DNA of 64,000 nt from Dictyostelium discoideum. Lineage: Eukaryota. Numbering within the stretch: the stretch's first letter is position 1; each line of letters opens with the position of its first letter. The notes beneath the pieces are model-generated. The model had not been told where the DNA came from. It saw nothing but the letters and a program-made list of their open reading frames with translations, and made no database searches. Below, one piece after another: positions 61,557 through 64,000 of this stretch. The DNA is taken from NCBI GenBank assembly GCA_000004695.1, contig CM000151.3, forward strand, positions 5,824,001-5,888,000, read 5' to 3'. The position numbers and the translations under genes were made by a program.

Positions 61557-61645
61557 TAATGATTGCTTTATTATATAAAATTATCTATAATTAAATTATA
61601 GAATATAATTTAGATGAAAACTCTATTTTTTTTTTTTGATATTTT
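61550..61645 (+). promoter_or_regulatory. Candidate SECIS element in the 3' UTR of the deiodinase gene.
   Basis: This is the only non-homopolymer stretch of the 3' UTR. A 5' AUGA at 61559-62 (tgtaATGAttgc) and a 3' GA-containing quartet partner at 61633-36 (tttaGATGaaaa) flank an apical region rich in A. That region contains the perfect palindrome ctataattaaattatag and an unpaired AAAA. The arrangement is consistent with an AUGA...AA...GA SECIS, but I have not folded it. Confidence 0.45.
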
Positions 61646-61783
61646 TCAACTTTTTTTTCACTTTTTTTAATAAATAAATAAAATAATTTACCCAAACAAA
61701 CTTTTTTTTTTTAAAATTTTTTTTTTTTTTATTTTTTTTTTTATTTTTTTTTTTTTTATTATTATTATTATGGTTTTTTTAAT

Positions 61784-62805
61784 TTATTTTGATTTAACAA
61801 TTTTCTTTGTAACAGTTTTAGTTGTAGTTGTTGGTGTTGGTGTAGTTTTAGTAGTTTTAATTTCAGTTTGTTTTGGTTCGAGAGCAGATTTAACGGCCTA
61901 AATAAAAAAATAAAAAAAAGTGGGAAATAAAAAAAAAGTGGGAAATATATTAATAATTAATAATTAATTTAATAAAAATAAAAAAAACATACATCTAAAT
62001 AACCAGTAAATTTATAATCAATTTCAAATTCTTTTAATTTTTCTTTTAATATAATTTCTCTATTAATACGTTCATTTAAGAGTTTAATGATAGATTCTGT
62101 TGGTAATTGATTGTATGTATCTTTTTCTTCCTTAATACGTTTTGATGCATTATGTAAAGAATCCATATGAATGTTTGTTGCGGAAAGAAGTAATTCTCTT
62201 GGACAAAATGAACTTTGATGTGGTACCCAACCATCCATAATTGAAATATCTAATTTCTTTCCAAACATAATATAACCATTCATTGCTTCTTTAGCAATCT
62301 TTGCAACTTCTGCATCAAAAAATCTAACAAAAGCACATTTTGCAAATTTACCAGATAACGTTCTATCAACTCTAACACATTTAATATCTCCAAATTGTTT
62401 AAAGAATTTATATATTTCAGTTTCATAAAAACCTTTTGGTACTTCTCTAATTAAAATTGTTGATCCTTTAACACCCTAAAATATATATAGTTTAATAATT
62501 ATTTATAATAATAATAATAATAATTAATTATTAATATACATGAAATTATTAGTATTTTTTTATTTTTTTATTTTTTATTTTTTATTTTTTCCAAATTTAG
62601 AATTATTGATATTTACTAAAACGTATTCTTTTGATTTATTTAATTGTTTTTCACCCTTTTCTTTCTTTCCAACTGGTACAACATCATGTGAATTTGAGAA
62701 ACCATCATTTAATGATTTTGGTTCAACTGTTTTTGAAACCTTTTTACTTTCAATTTCATTTGATTTAACAATTGGTTTTTGTGATGCTTTTGATTTTCCG
62801 ACCAT
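61784..62805 (-). CDS. Nucleolar RRM protein of the Nop15 / MKI67-FHA-domain-interacting (NIFK) family, about 261 aa. The exons are 62805..62617, 62475..61993 and 61897..61784.
   Basis: The RRM is ILIREVPKGFYETEIYKFFKQFGDIKCVRVDR..GKFAKCAFVRFFDAEVAKIAKEAMNGYIMFGKKL, with RNP-1 KCAFVRF and RNP-2 ILIREV. The post-RRM tail resembles NIFK (AKIVAETMNNYLFGERLL..). The flanks are basic K-rich N- and C-terminal regions. Junctions are TTA|GTAAAT (62616) with ATATTTAG|GGT (62476), and GAT|GTATGT (61992) with TTTATTTAG|GCC (61898). Confidence 0.7.
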
Positions 62806-62951
62806 TTTCTATTATTAAATTTTAATTTATTTATTTATATATATATATACGTGAGAGATAAAAGATCTAAATAAAAAAAAAAAAAGAAAAGAAAAATAAA
62901 AAAAATTTTGAAAAAAAAAAAAAAAAAAAAAAAAACGAAAAAATCCCTCGG

Positions 62952-62982
<31 letters not shown>

Positions 62983-63167
62983 ATTTTATTTTTATTTTTA
63001 TTTTTATTTTTATTTTTTTTTTTTTTGAATAGATTTTTATTTTTTTTAATACAATTATTAATAATAATATTACTTATTATTATTATTAATATTGTTAATA
63101 ATAATACTAATATTGTTAATATTATTTAATTATTTTTATTTTATTGTTATTATTATAAATCAACAAT

Positions 63168-63200
<33 letters not shown>

Positions 63201-63654
63201 CTCATCACTTTTAAGAGTGGATCCAAAATATCTTTTAAAACAAACCAAAATATTAAAAAAATGGAAAAATAAAAAAAATAAAATAATAAAAAAAAAAAAA
63301 AATGAAAAACTAATGTTTGTGTGTAAGGATAATATATTAAAATCTAATCCTAAAACCAAAAAAAAAAAAAAAAAAAAAAAAAACTAATGCTTGCGTATTA
63401 AATTTTTAAATTGGAAAAAATAAAAAAAAGCTGATGAACATCCTTACCTGTTCATCATCCCATTTCATTTAATTTAATTTAATTTTAAAAAATTTATTTT
63501 TTTTTGAATTTTTTTTTTTTTTTTTTTAATTTTTTTATTTTTTATTTTTTATTTTTTTTTATTTTTTTTTTTTTTTTTTTTTTTTTCTAACACTGTATAT
63601 TGGTATGGGTGTTTTCAGAAAACACAACGAATTTATATACACCAAATAATTACA

Positions 63655-64000
63655 ATGATTTCTTTATCAAAGAATTTTTCGAAGAATGGTTATTCTATAA
63701 TCAAAAAGTATAATAAAATATCATCACCAAAAGCAATTATTGGAAATCCATCAATTTCCATAAAATCATCGTCATCATTTATTTTTAATATTAAAAATAA
63801 CAACAACAACAACATTGGTACATCAAATACACTTAATATTAAAAGATTTTATAGTGAGGCTAATAATAAAAATAATAATGTTAATCAAGATAAAAAACAA
63901 CAACAACAAAATTTTGATAATGATGATACTTATCATAATAAAGAAGAATTTACAAAACCACCAAAATATTTTTATGCTGTTGCATTATTAGCTATTGGAT
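63655..64000 (+). CDS. Partial CDS, running 5' to 3' off the window edge. It encodes a protein with a presequence-like N-terminus, and its function is unknown.
   Basis: The ATG at 63655 follows aattacaATG. The ORF stays open to the window end and reads MISLSKNFSKNGYSIIKKYNKISSPKAIIGNPSISIKSSSSFIFNIKNN..KRFYSEANNKNNNVNQDKKQQQQNFDNDDTYHNKEEFTKPPKYFYAVALLAIG. The N-terminus is basic and hydroxylated, suggesting a targeting peptide, and a hydrophobic segment starts at the edge. Confidence 0.35.
   Translation, partial: MISLSKNFSKNGYSIIKKYNKISSPKAIIGNPSISIKSSSSFIFNIKNNNNNNIGTSNTLNIKRFYSEANNKNNNVNQDKKQQQQNFDNDDTYHNKEEFTKPPKYFYAVALLAIG

Overview
This window is eukaryotic nuclear DNA with the hallmarks of Dictyostelium (social amoeba). 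It is extremely AT-rich, with long poly-A/poly-T tracts between genes. Trinucleotide microsatellites, (CAA)n and (AAT)n, are translated into poly-Q and poly-N runs. Introns are short (about 70-500 nt), begin with GTAAGT, GTATGT or GTAAAT, and end in a T-rich tract plus AG. The ORF track is therefore misleading: most genes are split across two to five ORF fragments. I rebuilt exon-intron models by hand from conserved protein motifs and splice-site phase. All coordinates carry a +/-3 nt uncertainty at junctions.

I could support about 22 protein-coding genes, with no rRNA, tRNA, CRISPR or intact transposon. In window order they are:
- a giant low-complexity Q/N/T-rich protein (three exons, with an apparent 1-nt frameshift)
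- mitochondrial alanyl-tRNA synthetase
- an FNIP-repeat protein with tandem pseudokinase and kinase domains (four exons)
- an XRCC1 homolog (three exons, minus strand)
- a BCP/PrxQ peroxiredoxin
- Elongator subunit Elp2
- the proteasome assembly chaperone PSMD9/Nas2
- an N/Q-rich coiled-coil protein
- the N-terminal acetyltransferase Naa10/ARD1
- a cytochrome-b5 domain protein
- a LYR-motif protein that looks like SDHAF3/ACN9
- mitochondrial translation initiation factor IF-2
- a small three-TM protein with a cysteine-rich tail (four exons, including 36-nt and 51-nt micro-exons)
- an N-rich protein with a possible OB-fold
- a P4-type phospholipid-flipping ATPase
- an FG-GAP-repeat type I membrane protein (five exons)
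- ribosomal protein L13a
- an IPT/TIG-repeat type I membrane glycoprotein that resembles the Tgr family
- a disrupted gene of unknown function plus a truncated tandem duplicate of it
- an iodothyronine-deiodinase-like selenoprotein whose in-frame TGA, read as a stop in the ORF track, sits in the conserved GSxT-U-PPF active site, followed by a candidate SECIS element
- a Nop15/NIFK-type RRM protein
- a partial gene at the 3' edge

I did not find a coherent novel multi-gene system. The observations most worth follow-up are the selenocysteine recoding in the deiodinase gene, the tandem pseudokinase-kinase FNIP gene, the decaying tandem gene duplicate at 57.2-60.1 kb, a probable frameshift or sequencing error in the giant ORF, and duplicated 3' ends and exact intragenic repeats in the kinase gene.
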